A DNA stretch of 64,000 bases from Eledone cirrhosa (GCA_964016885.1 OZ024761.1:19034001-19098000), one strand, 5' to 3'; positions 12,072 to 23,160 are shown, numbered from the stretch's first letter. Numbers and translations: made by a program. Notes: generated by a model not told the origin, from the letters alone.

Positions 12072-13982
12072 ATGGCGGAGCCACGCCCCCTAGAGGCGGG
12101 TCTGCTGTCGTGCAACGGCGACTTGAGCGTTGAGAGGAGAGGTGAGGCGAGGAGCGCCACCAGCACGAATGTGAGCAGCGACAGTGCCAGCACCAACGGG
12201 CCGAGCGGCGCGGAAGGTGGTAACAGCGACAACACCAACACCAACAAGCCGAACAGCGCAGAAGGTGGTAATAGCGAGAGCACCAACAAAACGAACAGCA
12301 CAGAGAGTAATAGTAGCGACAGCAACAGCACCAACAAGGCCAACAGCACAGAGGGTAACCACGACACAGGGGAGAACAACAACAGCAATAGCAGCAGCAA
12401 CACCAACAAGAACAACAACAGTGACAACACCAACAAGAACACCTTCGCTGCTGTGGCAGCGGCTAAAAGGAGACCATGCTACAGCATCGACTTAACCAAC
12501 AGAGAGGAAAAGTTGGCCCAGGCCTGGAAAATCATAAATCAAGAGCAGACCTGGGCAAACTTAACTGTCCCGGCAGAAGCCATTGAGGCAGTGGAAAAAA
12601 GAACGGTGCATTTCAGATGCATCTCAGTAGAGACAAAGAGGGCAGCGATAATCGCCCAAGCTGATATAGAAGCCGCACTGAAATACATCAGAGATGACAC
12701 AGACTTCATAGAGAGGGGCAGGCAATACGGCACCGTTTCGGTGCTGTTCAAGTCTGAAGCCCTCGCTGTGAAGCATTCAATGACCCCTTGCAAAACCAGC
12801 AAGGTTATAATGTACCCCTCCCACATGGGAAAACGAATAGCACGTGTGCGCATTCCCAGGATTCCACCAGGACTTGATATGTGGTGGCTCCTGGGTTGCG
12901 TAATCGTGGAAGGAACGGATACAGTCCCGGTAGAGGCAACGAGAACTGCCAGGGACGACTGGTCCGGGGTTGATCTGGAGATACTGCTCCAAATCAGACC
13001 CGAAAACGTAAAAGCAATCCCGGACCACATCCGCCTCCAAAACGGGAGGGTGTTGCATATAATGACTGAGGGCAAAAGGCCGCATTGTTTCCTTTGTGGG
13101 GAAACGACACACTTGCGAGCCTTCTGCCCTCAACTGCCGAAAAGCGCAAGGGGTCGAAAGATTCCACTGCTGGCGACGCCGGGACAAGGACCACCAGCAA
13201 CACCGTCAACAATGGAACCACCAAAATTGCACACCCAGGGGGGAAACGAGGAAAGCTCTCCCATTCCCCCTCCCCCCCAAAATACACACACGAACAAGAA
13301 CATAAACACTCACTCAGACACAAACACGCTCACAGCCACAGACCCCTCATCCTCCAGCAGTGAAGATGAGGGAAAACCAAAGTCCCCCAAAATACAAAAA
13401 ACAAAACACAAAAAAAAAAGAAATCCACAAAGCACAAACACCCCCACAAAAGAAAATACACACACCACCCACACAAACATTTTCCCCACAGCATCACCAA
13501 CACAACCACCAAAATCCCCCAAACGCAAACAAGCTAAACAGACACAAGAACAAATAGACACACAAACATCAGAAACTACAGACACCCCACCCACAACAAA
13601 CGCAGACACAATAGAAACAACACTAACAAAGCTATCACCACCACAATCACACGAACAAATAAAACCCGAGCAACAAAACATTAAAAACTTCGTGCTTGCC
13701 AGAAGGGCCAACAAGGAATTGATGGCCCATGTAGCACGAAGCACAAACATCGAAAAAGACGGGGAAACATTTGAAGCGAGCACATTTCGCGTACCAGATA
13801 ATTTGCTTCTGATGCGAATGTCGCTCGCTTCATACAAAGAAATTCGAAAGAGCTTTCCTCGGGATGTGGGAACCCCGAACGTAAAACCCACGTCAAGACT
13901 ATTAAAGGGGTTCCCAAAAGAAACCCCACAAACCATGGAGGTCGAACCACCCGACCTTCACAAGACCCCGGAAGGTAAGTAA
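12072..13982 (+). CDS. ORF1 (gag-like nucleic-acid-binding protein) of the Tx1/L1 element
   Basis: First ATG at 12072 (MAEPRP...); CCHC knuckle CFLCGETTHLRAFC; N/S-rich and T/P-rich low-complexity segments. Confidence 0.85.
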   Translation: MAEPRPLEAGLLSCNGDLSVERRGEARSATSTNVSSDSASTNGPSGAEGGNSDNTNTNKPNSAEGGNSESTNKTNSTESNSSDSNSTNKANSTEGNHDTGENNNSNSSSNTNKNNNSDNTNKNTFAAVAAAKRRPCYSIDLTNREEKLAQAWKIINQEQTWANLTVPAEAIEAVEKRTVHFRCISVETKRAAIIAQADIEAALKYIRDDTDFIERGRQYGTVSVLFKSEALAVKHSMTPCKTSKVIMYPSHMGKRIARVRIPRIPPGLDMWWLLGCVIVEGTDTVPVEATRTARDDWSGVDLEILLQIRPENVKAIPDHIRLQNGRVLHIMTEGKRPHCFLCGETTHLRAFCPQLPKSARGRKIPLLATPGQGPPATPSTMEPPKLHTQGGNEESSPIPPPPQNTHTNKNINTHSDTNTLTATDPSSSSSEDEGKPKSPKIQKTKHKKKRNPQSTNTPTKENTHTTHTNIFPTASPTQPPKSPKRKQAKQTQEQIDTQTSETTDTPPTTNADTIETTLTKLSPPQSHEQIKPEQQNIKNFVLARRANKELMAHVARSTNIEKDGETFEASTFRVPDNLLLMRMSLASYKEIRKSFPRDVGTPNVKPTSRLLKGFPKETPQTMEVEPPDLHKTPEGK

Positions 13983-14011
13983 ACCTTTCCTCTCCCATTC
14001 ATCCTGCCAGC

Positions 14012-17000
14012 ATGGCCATAAGAGTAGGAAGTTTAAATGTTCGTGGCCTGGGGTCGCCCTGGAAGCAAGGTCACTTGCTCAACGACCTCAGGTCACTAGG
14101 AATGGATGTAATTGCCATCAGCGAGACCAGAATTTCCGACACACGCGCACTGGCGCCGATTTTCGACGATTATCAGATCTTTGCATCTGTTAGTCGGCCG
14201 GGAATGGGAGGTGGAGTGGCTGTGCTGTTTAGGAAATGTCTGGATCTCGAGGTAAGGTCAATCTTCCGGGATCCTGACGGAAAGTTGGTGGTCCTGGACG
14301 TGAGCAATAGCGAAGGTGGTGCCTTTAGACTGGTGGCCGTCTACGCCCCTACTGGGGCCGGTCGGCCGGACTTCTTTAGGCGCCTGGAAAACTTTCTGCT
14401 TACGTCTCGCCCTTTACTGTTAATAGGGGATTGGAATGGCATCTTAGAAGCACGCTGGGATTGTGTGGGAGTATCTGATAGGAGCGGGGGGTGCAAAAGC
14501 CTCAAGTACCTGATCAGCCAGTTTCAACTGTCTGACAGGTACCGACTAGATTTCCCTAATGCGCCAGTATGGACCTGGACCAATCGCATAGGGTCATCTA
14601 GATCGTACATAGATAGGATTTTCATTAGGAAAAGAGATAGAAATAGTGTAGGATGTCCACATTTTAAAACGGTTGCCTATTCAGATCACAAGCTTGTGAT
14701 CTGTATGGTCGACCTAGATAAGACACGTAGGTTAGGACCTAGCTACTGGAAGCTAAACATGTCGTTTCCGGCACGTAAAGCTTACAGGGACCGGGTCAAC
14801 AACTTAGTTAAGCAAAAGTTGACAGGGGGGGTTGTCAACAACAGGTGGTGGGGGGCACTCAAAAGAGAGATTAGAGCAACCTCGATAGGATTTAGCAAAG
14901 AAGTAGCAATAGAGAAAAATAGAAAGGAGGAGGGGCTGATAGCTAAGTTAGACGAGGCTATTTGTAGTGGCATTGCAACAGACGTGCTAGCGGCGAGAAT
15001 GGCACTAGACCATTTCTTCAATGCGAAACACGAAGGTTGCATTGTCAGAGCTAAGGCGCGTGCTCTGAGGAACGAGGGAACCAAAGCTGCCCGATGGGCT
15101 CGCTTTGCAGAGACGCAGCGTGGAAATAAAACCACAATTCGGTCTTTGACGGATCGAGATGGACACGAACTGAGCGATTCCAAGCAGATGTGTGAGGCCT
15201 TTCGCCAGCACTTTGCTCGATTGTTCGGGAGGATGGGTGAGTCGGAGACGGCGGCGGACTTCAGTCCCTACCTCGACGGCTTGCCACGCCTCTCGACGGC
15301 CGACGCTGAGCGCTGCGAACAGCCGATAACATCAGCCGAAATTCAGGACGCCCTTGTCGGCTGCTCGAGTCGCAAGTCACCCGGTTTGGATGGTCTGCCC
15401 TACGAGCTTTACGTAAATATGCCAGACTTGTTCTCCGATCTCCTCGAAGCGCTCTACTGCAACTGGCAGCAGAACGGGAGCATTCCCAGTTCTGTGAGCC
15501 GTGGCGTAGTGACGCTGATAAGGAAAGACGAGAACAAGAGGGACACACTAGATAATTTCAGGCCCATAACCCTGCTCAACACAGAGTTTAAGATTTTGGC
15601 CAAGGTGTTAGCGAAAAGGTTGGCGCTTGTCGTCAAAGATTTGGTTGGGGAGGCGCAAACTTGCGCAATCCCGACCAGGTCCATACACGACAACCTCCAC
15701 CTCATGCGATACATCATAGAGAGGGTTGGGTGCAAACCTGGCTTCGGTGGGGCTCTGATCAATTTAGATCAATCGAAAGCATTCGATAGGGTCGACCATC
15801 GGTACTTGGAGGCTGTCCTCGAGGCGGCTGGCTTCGGCCCCGTCTTCAGAAGCTGGATCGCTGCAATGTACAGCGGCATCCGCTCGGTGGTCAAAGTTAA
15901 TGGCCACCTCTCGGAACCGTTTCAGATCTCTCGATCGGTCCGTCAAGGGTGCCCTCTCTCCTCACTTCTGTACGTATTGACTCTTGAGCCTCTACTGCGG
16001 AAGCTGGAGTTGTTGCAGGGCATCCCGCTCGAACCGGGACGTAGAAAGGCTGCGTCCGCTTATGCGGACGACATCACCGTGATGGTGTCGGACACCTCGG
16101 AAATCGAGGTGATCCGCACCCATTTGGAGGAATATGAAAGGTTGACGGGAGCAAAACTTAACCCGGAAAAGTCGGTGGGCTTGCAGCTCGGCACCTGGAG
16201 AGGCAAGTCCATGCCGTCCAACAGCGTCGTTGGGCGCTGGACAGACGGACCGGTAAAGTTGCTCGGGGTTTGGTTCGGACCAGACCTCCAGGTGGATAAG
16301 AATTGGGACGAGGTGACGAGCAGGATAGCCAACCTCACCCAGAAATGGGCTGAGAGAAAGCTATCACTGAAAGGGCGGGCGGAGGTGGCGAACGCGTACA
16401 TCGCGTCCGTCATCTACTACCGCCTGACCGTCGTGCCTTGCCCCCGTCCACGCCTCGCCAATTTGGAACGGCTCCTTTTCAAATTTTTGTGGAGGGGACG
16501 GGTCCCGTTGGTGAGGCGGTCCATCTGCTGCCAGCACCCTCTTCGTGGAGGGCTGGGCATGCCGTGGCTAATGATGCGCAGACATGCGCTGAGGCTGCGA
16601 CATCTCCAGATATTTTGCCTAAACGGTGAACAGGTGTGGTCGCCGTTTGTTAGACGGGCCTTTCCGCAGCTCATCTCTTTGACTGAGCTGCAGTCCTGGG
16701 TCAAGAAGAGACCGAGACTGGGCGACTGGCATCTGGAATGTTGCCAGGCGCTCACTGCACTCTGCAAGGTGGGCAATGCGGTCAGTGGAACTTCCACTCA
16801 AGATTTCTATAGAGGATTAGTGGAGGGCAAGTGCGATGACGTACTAGGAGAGGCTCTGGGCGTCAACGAAGTAGAACTGACCAGTATGTTCCGGAGGACT
16901 TTCGAGCCGGGGACGATGGATAACTTCCAGAAATCCCTCGCTTGGCAGTGCTACCGGGGGGCGCTGCCGGTTCGGGATAAACTCTACAGGCACGGAAGTG

Positions 17001-17431
17001 CTGTCAGACGAACCTGCCCGAGATGCGCGCAGAGCGACGAAACCGTTCTGCACGCACTCGTCCAGTGTCCGTGCATTGCTGACTTGTGGGGTTATGTCGA
17101 ACAGCTATTGTCGCGTGTAGAACGGATCCGGCTATCGTCCGAGTCCATAGTGAAGATTGACCCGCCGCCTTCTTTTGGTCAGGAAGGGCAGGCAATTTTC
17201 CTCTGCCTGGTGGCAGTAGCGAAAGAGGTTGCATGGTGGACCAGGTTGAAAGGACTGAAGACAGACACTTTTCTCTTCGGCCAATCCCTCATCAACTTCT
17301 TCAAGTTTCACTTGGAAAGGAAGGTGAGGGTGGAGAGAGAAGTGCTGCCCCCCAGTACATTTACTGAAAGGTGGGTGAATGTGGCGAGAATGGCCCGCGT
17401 GAGTGGGCCTACTCTGATCATGCGCCTGTAG
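14012..17431 (+). CDS. ORF2: APE endonuclease + reverse transcriptase + C-terminal zinc motif
   Basis: 1139 aa; SLNVRGL, ISET, GDWN, SDH (APE); RPITLLN, DQSKAFDRV, QGCPLS, YADD (RT); CPRC..ETVLHALVQC. Confidence 0.95.
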   Translation: MAIRVGSLNVRGLGSPWKQGHLLNDLRSLGMDVIAISETRISDTRALAPIFDDYQIFASVSRPGMGGGVAVLFRKCLDLEVRSIFRDPDGKLVVLDVSNSEGGAFRLVAVYAPTGAGRPDFFRRLENFLLTSRPLLLIGDWNGILEARWDCVGVSDRSGGCKSLKYLISQFQLSDRYRLDFPNAPVWTWTNRIGSSRSYIDRIFIRKRDRNSVGCPHFKTVAYSDHKLVICMVDLDKTRRLGPSYWKLNMSFPARKAYRDRVNNLVKQKLTGGVVNNRWWGALKREIRATSIGFSKEVAIEKNRKEEGLIAKLDEAICSGIATDVLAARMALDHFFNAKHEGCIVRAKARALRNEGTKAARWARFAETQRGNKTTIRSLTDRDGHELSDSKQMCEAFRQHFARLFGRMGESETAADFSPYLDGLPRLSTADAERCEQPITSAEIQDALVGCSSRKSPGLDGLPYELYVNMPDLFSDLLEALYCNWQQNGSIPSSVSRGVVTLIRKDENKRDTLDNFRPITLLNTEFKILAKVLAKRLALVVKDLVGEAQTCAIPTRSIHDNLHLMRYIIERVGCKPGFGGALINLDQSKAFDRVDHRYLEAVLEAAGFGPVFRSWIAAMYSGIRSVVKVNGHLSEPFQISRSVRQGCPLSSLLYVLTLEPLLRKLELLQGIPLEPGRRKAASAYADDITVMVSDTSEIEVIRTHLEEYERLTGAKLNPEKSVGLQLGTWRGKSMPSNSVVGRWTDGPVKLLGVWFGPDLQVDKNWDEVTSRIANLTQKWAERKLSLKGRAEVANAYIASVIYYRLTVVPCPRPRLANLERLLFKFLWRGRVPLVRRSICCQHPLRGGLGMPWLMMRRHALRLRHLQIFCLNGEQVWSPFVRRAFPQLISLTELQSWVKKRPRLGDWHLECCQALTALCKVGNAVSGTSTQDFYRGLVEGKCDDVLGEALGVNEVELTSMFRRTFEPGTMDNFQKSLAWQCYRGALPVRDKLYRHGSAVRRTCPRCAQSDETVLHALVQCPCIADLWGYVEQLLSRVERIRLSSESIVKIDPPPSFGQEGQAIFLCLVAVAKEVAWWTRLKGLKTDTFLFGQSLINFFKFHLERKVRVEREVLPPSTFTERWVNVARMARVSGPTLIMRL

Positions 17432-17713
17432 GCTGGTGAATTCGAGAAGGAGAGGGGTGCCCTTCCCGGGTGCCCTAGGAGCGTCGGGTGGCTCAGGACT
17501 GGTGGGGTGCTTGAGTCAACCCTGGGTGGTGATCCCTCTTATTGGGGAACTTTCATTGTTGTATTTTTATTGTTATTTTGTTTTTGTTTTTTTGTTATTT
17601 ATACTTACTCGATCTCTATGTAAACCCCCACTGTCCCTGTCTATTGTGTTGTCCCCTATATGTCGGCCCTTGTGGCCAATAAATGAAATCATTATTATTA
17701 TTATTATTATTAG

Positions 17714-17936
17714 GGCAGTGGATTGGCAGTATCAGTAGAAGGTCGGACGCCATGCTTTCTAGCACAGAGTTACATCCCTTTACGGACTGAGTTCAAATCC
17801 CGTCGAGGTTAACTTTGCCTTTCATCCTTACGGGGTCGATAAAAAAGTACCAGTAATGCTCTGGAGTCGATTTAATCGACTTTCCCCTCCCTCCAAATTG
17901 CTGGCCTTGTGCCTATAAGAAACCATTATTATTATT
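17714..17936 (+). mobile_element. SINE family S1, full length
   Basis: Matches the 10721 family; directly follows the (ATT)n tail of the LINE and ends in (ATT)n. Confidence 0.85.
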
Positions 17937-17996
17937 TTATTTAAAATTAGGCCAAATATAAAGGAGATTACTGATCAAAAACAAGCTCGTGCCTTA

Positions 17997-18065
17997 TCTA
18001 TATATCTAAAACAGAGAATGTCTGTCTGTAAGCTCACTAAAACTCGAGAACCACCCAACCGATTG
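17997..18065 (+). mobile_element. Helitron-like 5' end fragment
   Basis: A-TCTATATATCTAAAA..(GTCT)n..AACTCGAGAACC..AACCGATT resembles non-autonomous Helitron 5' termini. Confidence 0.4.
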
Positions 18066-18466
18066 TCCGCCAGGACGGTGGGGCGGCTAGCGCCTAGGAC
18101 CCTTGCTCACAATAGTGAGAGATGGGGAGGGCGAGAGAAATTGAAACGATGACAGTGGGAGTTCGGCTCCTCTGTATTCGGACCTGGTGTACATATGTGT
18201 GTATGTTTTCTTCTATTCATTCGATATGACAGTATCTACACCCCCTACTTGTTTAGAGAGCGCTTCTACAACATCATCATAAGTTTAGAGTTCAAGACTA
18301 ACTAAATTCCATTAAATACAGGGTTTACCCAAAACAGTTTGGGAACCAGTCTTAAATACAGGGTTTAACCAAAACAGTTTGGGAACTACTGTCTTAAATA
18401 CAGGATTTACACAAAAAAGTTTGGGAACCACTGTCTTAACCCTTTAGCATTTACATTACTCTATAT

Positions 18467-19225
18467 CAGAGGCGTGCAACAGGCGGCCCGCGGGCCACAA
18501 TCCTGCCCGCCAGACCAGTCAGAGTGGTCCCCGATGACTGTTGTTAATTTTTACCTTGTAGGCTTATTTAAATTTTTTTTCGTAACCGAAATACAATTTT
18601 CTGTTAGTTGACCTATACTAAAGGGCTTCACTGATAGGGTTACGTGTGTTATAGTGTCCCAGTTGACCTATACTAAAGGGCTTCACTGATAGGGTTACGT
18701 GTGTTATAGTGTCCCAGTTGACCTATACTAAAGAGCTTCACTGATAGGGTTATGTGTGTTATAGTGTCCCAGTTGACCTATACTAAAGAGCTTCACTGAT
18801 AGGGTTATGTGTGTTATAGTGTCCCCGTTGACCTATACTAAAGAGCTTCACTGATAGGGTTATGTGTGTTATAGTGTCCCAGTTGACCTATACTAAAGGG
18901 CTTCACTGATAGGGTTATGTGTGTTATAGTGTCCCAGTTGACCTATACTAAAGGGCTTCACTGATAGGGTTATGTGTGTTATAGTGTCCCAGTTGACCTA
19001 TACCGAAGGGCTTCACTGATAGGGTTATGTGTGTTATAGTGTCCCAGTTGACCTATACTAAAGGGCTTCACTGATATGGTTATCTGTGTTATAATTTCCC
19101 AGTTCCATGTTATGGAAAGAAGTTGTGGTGAATCTATGGAATAGTGCTTAATAAATATTAATGGCCCTAATAGTTGTTCCAATGTTCAAAAGTGGCCCGC
19201 CAATGGAATATGTTGCACACCCCTG
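18467..19225. mobile_element. hAT (Charlie-like) MITE nested in the piggyBac-type MITE
   Basis: TIRs CAGAGGCGTGCAACA / TGTTGCACACCCCTG; GGCCCGC subterminal motifs; 8-bp TSD CTCTATAT/GTCTATAT. Confidence 0.8.
18606..19104. repeat. 55-bp minisatellite, about 9 copies
   Basis: Unit agttgacctatactaaagggcttcactgatagggttatgtgtgttatagtgtccc. Confidence 0.95.
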
Positions 19226-19606
19226 GTCTATATATACTATTGTATTTTTGTGGTAAAGGCTTTATCTTATATAATTATCTCACATAATATCGAATATACG
19301 AAATTTTGATGTTATTTATTTTTAGAACAATACCTTAACATTAGTATGAGCGACCAGTATATGGCTGGTTAGAGCAGAAAGAGGTCAGAGAATTCTGGCC
19401 AGATATAACCCGGTTTATATGGTAAAAGGGTTAATGTAAGCCTGGTGACATGTGATACTAACATATTACAAACTTATGAGGACGATACGTCCCACTCCTC
19501 CACCACCCCTCCCATCCCACCCCCAACTACTCCCCCACTCCAAATTGCTAGTCATGTACCTAACAAAAAATAGAAGGAGGGAAAAACCCGTCACACCTTT
19601 CTTTTT

Positions 19607-19654
<48 letters not shown>

Positions 19655-20429
19655 TTTTTCTTTTCTTCTTTCTTTCTTTCTTTCTGACTGTCTCTTTTTC
19701 CTTTCTTTCTCTATTTTCTTTCTTTCTCATTTTCTCTTTTTTCTTTCTTTCTTTCTCATTTTCTCTTTTTGCTTTCTTTCTCATTTTCTCTCTTTCTTTC
19801 TTTCTTTCTTTCTTTCTTTTGAAGACGATATGGTGGGAATGTTTTTGTTTTTTGTTGTTGTAGTTGTTATTGTTGTCGTCATTGTTTTTTTTCAATTTTC
19901 AGGGAAATATTTATCTATTAAGCTTAAAAGTTTCAATTTATGTAGAATTATTCATCCATGTGAAATATATATTTTCTACTTCCTCAATCACAACACACAC
20001 ACACATATATATATATATGTATGTACACACACATACATATAGATATATATATATATGTATGTACACACACACACACATATATAAATATGTATGGTGGCTG
20101 CCAACTCGTTTTCGAGTACGTCCACTACTTTATATCCATGTAGGAGAACCCTTACCGATGCGCTAAACGAGTGTGACTTTTTAGTCCAGCCAGCGACTTG
20201 AAAACTCTGGTACAAACACTACACTTGTGACAATTATTGACACATAGTGCTGGGCCCATGGTACCATGTGACAAGTGCAGAGAGATCTCCAGATATAAAG
20301 CAATGCCTGTACCGTGAATCTTTTATAGTGACAAAGGCACTGCACAAAGCCAACCCCACTCTCTTAACCAAGATGATATTTACCAAAAAGAAGAACAAGT
20401 CAACATCATTGAATACCATCAGGGTTGCA

Positions 20430-20697
20430 GGTGTTATATCAGAGTTTTCCTTCTCCTAGAATTCTGCCTTGACAAATGCTAAGGGGTCATCTCTCCCGGT
20501 GATTTTGGATGGCCATTGACACTTAAGAGCTCCTTTTCCCTTTGACAGGTTTTGTTTTTAGTCCTGCAGGATGTCCAAAGTCACCCTCCTCACCAAGAAA
20601 CCTTGGTGGGGTTGCCAGTTTAGTCGCCAACGACCCGACCATGAGACAGGTTGTACTGGGATATATGTTACCAGTAGCACCAACTGATGACCTGACA
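20430..20697 (-). mobile_element. Probable RTE-clade 5' UTR remnant
   Basis: Minus strand TCTAGGAGAAGGAAAACTCTG motif, recalled as typical of RTE 5' UTRs. Confidence 0.4.
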
Positions 20698-20699
20698 TA

Positions 20700-20749
<50 letters not shown>

Positions 20750-21414
20750 CATACATACATACATACATACATACATACATACATACATACATACATACAT
20801 ACATACATACATACATACATACATACATACATACATACATACATACATACATACATAGACATGTACATACATCATCATCATCCTTGTTGTTACTTAACGT
20901 CTACTTTCCCAGCTAGCAAATGTTGGACTGGTTAACAGACCTGGTTGATACTGGATCAGAGTTAGACCCCACAGATGAGCCAAAAGACTGTATCTCATTT
21001 ACATATATTTCCACACACTACCAAGTGATCATACACAAATATAAATACACACACATGTAGCACAGAAACCATGTAGGTTTTTAGGTTCATAAATATGTAT
21101 ACACACACACATACATACATATATTCACATACATACATATACAGATATATATATATATATATATTGTTATACTTTGGGAGGGTCATGTTGCCAATAAGAA
21201 ACACACGCACCAGTTGCTTTCACTTCAATTTATTATATATTTATTTATTTTATATTTATAAATTTATAAATTTACAAATCTACATACTTATAAATTGAAG
21301 TGAAAGCAGCTGGTGCGTGTGTTTCTTATTGGCAACATGACCCTCCCAAAGTATAACAATATCGGTTTCAACACACGATTTCAAATAAAGAATCTTGCTA
21401 AACAAATTCAGAAA

Positions 21415-21465
<51 letters not shown>

Positions 21466-21530
21466 CACACACACAGATATATATGTATATATATATATAC
21501 ACACACACATATATATATATACCAAAATAC

Positions 21531-21883
21531 ACCCCTGTCCCAACCCTACTCCCACCGCCATCTACACCACTCCTTTCGATGTAAAGCTATGTTGGTACCA
21601 CAACATCCAGTCCTAAATAAATGAGGTTGTGTAGGTGTCACGACAAAAAAAAACACACAGTCCACGCTGTAATGTGGCCGTGTAGGTAACACGGTAAAAA
21701 CCTCCCAGTCCACACTGTAAATGTGGTTGGTGTTAGGAAGGGCATCCAGCCGTAGAAAACCCGCCAGACAGTCCTGAGCAAGACAACCAATCTTGCCTCA
21801 AGTGGGACAATTCCCGTCCAGACCCATGCTAGCGTGGAAAATGGATGTTAAACGATGATGATGATGATGATGATGATGATGAT
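21531..21883 (+). mobile_element. SINE family S2-related 3' part
   Basis: Paralog of 5935-6370; GTTGGTGTTAGGAAGGGCATCC; (GAT)n tail. Confidence 0.75.
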
Positions 21884-22380
21884 ATATATATATATATATA
21901 CATATGTGTAGTCCACCTGAACACTACACAATACTTTCATTAATTTTTCATTATATATATCTATATATTAGAAAATATATAGCTTTCACCGTATTTTTGA
22001 CTAAAGGAATTTTTAGCTTGATAACGGGGTTTAGAACCCTCAGATAAATGGAAAAAGATGAGTATTGACATACATGTACGTCAATACTCATCTTTTTCCA
22101 TTTATCTGAGGCTTCTAAACCCCGTTATCAAGCTAAAATTGTTATACTTTGGGAGGGTCATGTTGCCAATAAGAAACACACGCACCAGTTGCTTTCACTT
22201 CAATTTACTATAATAAATTTATAATAAATTTATAAATTTATAAATTTCTGGTTGGTTGGTTGGTTCCACAACCAGATAGTTGTTTATATATTGTCAACAT
22301 GACCCTCCCAAAGTATAACAATATCGGTTTCAACACACGATTTCAGATAAAGAATCTTGCTAAACAAATTCAGAAACGAA

Positions 22381-22466
<86 letters not shown>

Positions 22467-22645
22467 CACTCTATCTCAAAATTATTTTTGAAAAGCATTT
22501 AGAAATGCGCAACCGGTAAAAACTTAAAAACTTAAAAGCACAACTGAATACTAACCCATACAATTACTAATACTCTTTTATTCCTAATTAAACCATTTTT
22601 CAACTGTGAACAATTTGTCAGCATTTTCTATTCCATTTACCAATA

Positions 22646-22685
<40 letters not shown>

Positions 22686-23046
22686 TTTTTTTAGTATATG
22701 CTGGTTGTATACCAACACCTCAGTATGCAGATTGGAGCACTCGACGAAGTGCGCAGGTTGGTTTGGTTACTCCGGAGTAATGTAAAATAAAATAAATAAG
22801 TCAAATGTTTACAATTTTTTTAAAATTTGGCTTCGTTTATTACTGCTATATATATGTCGGTGACAGCCATCTTTGGCTGTGACCTCTTCAGGCAGTCCGA
22901 ATTAGTGTGGTAGAGACGAGTACACATGTTGTTGAGGTGTTTAACTTTGTCAATACTCTGATATGCCCAGTTCCTGGTTGCGTTGTTATTTCACTGAGGA
23001 ACTGGAATCATATGAATTTAAACAAACGAATTTCAGTGTCATAAAT

Positions 23047-23160
23047 AAAGGGGGATCTGGCATATGCAAACTATGTCTGAACGAGACCCTCGAGATACTA
23101 AAAGGTGGAAGCCGTCTGATAAACCTCAGAACCGACTTCTTCGGGACATGCAGACACCTC
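23047..23160 (+). pseudogene. C-terminal remnant of a PLE GIY-YIG endonuclease
   Basis: KGGSGICKLCLNETLEILKGGSRLINLRTDFFGTCRH fits the CxLCLxE..I..(L/I)NxRx(E/D)....CRH tail of Penelope-like ORFs. Confidence 0.75.

Larger units (their letters stand above)
11857..17711 (+). mobile_element. Apparently full-length Tx1/L1-clade non-LTR retrotransposon
   Basis: Two intact ORFs, 3' UTR with AATAAA and (ATT)n tail, (ATT)n tract upstream. The 5' boundary is inferred. Confidence 0.9.
18440..19430. mobile_element. piggyBac-type MITE (TTAA TSD, CCCTTT termini)
   Basis: TTAA-CCCTTTAGCATTTA ... TATATGGTAAAAGGG-TTAA. Confidence 0.65.

Noticed and set aside
13975-14010. Intron creating an ORF1-ORF2 fusion protein
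   Set aside because: Only 36 nt, and removal keeps the ORF1 frame (GAA GCA TGG CCA TAA), not the ORF2 frame.
12090-17234. Antisense and alternate-frame ORFs within the Tx1 element (likewise within the RTE at 45.4-48.1 kb)
   Set aside because: Shadow ORFs of GC-richer coding sequence.
18606-19104. 55-bp repeat as CRISPR array or ribozyme array (contains CTGATAG)
   Set aside because: No spacers and no GAAA/NUH arrangement; it is a minisatellite.
22011-22050. TTGATAA-CGGGGTT-TAG-AACCC as a second U3-A8 hammerhead
   Set aside because: No GAAA or stem III follows.
22310-22350. Minus CTGAAAT-CGTGTGTT-GAAA motif (family also near 6735, 21365, 41460)
   Set aside because: No copy has G8-A9 and stem I is only about 3 bp; not supportable as a hammerhead.
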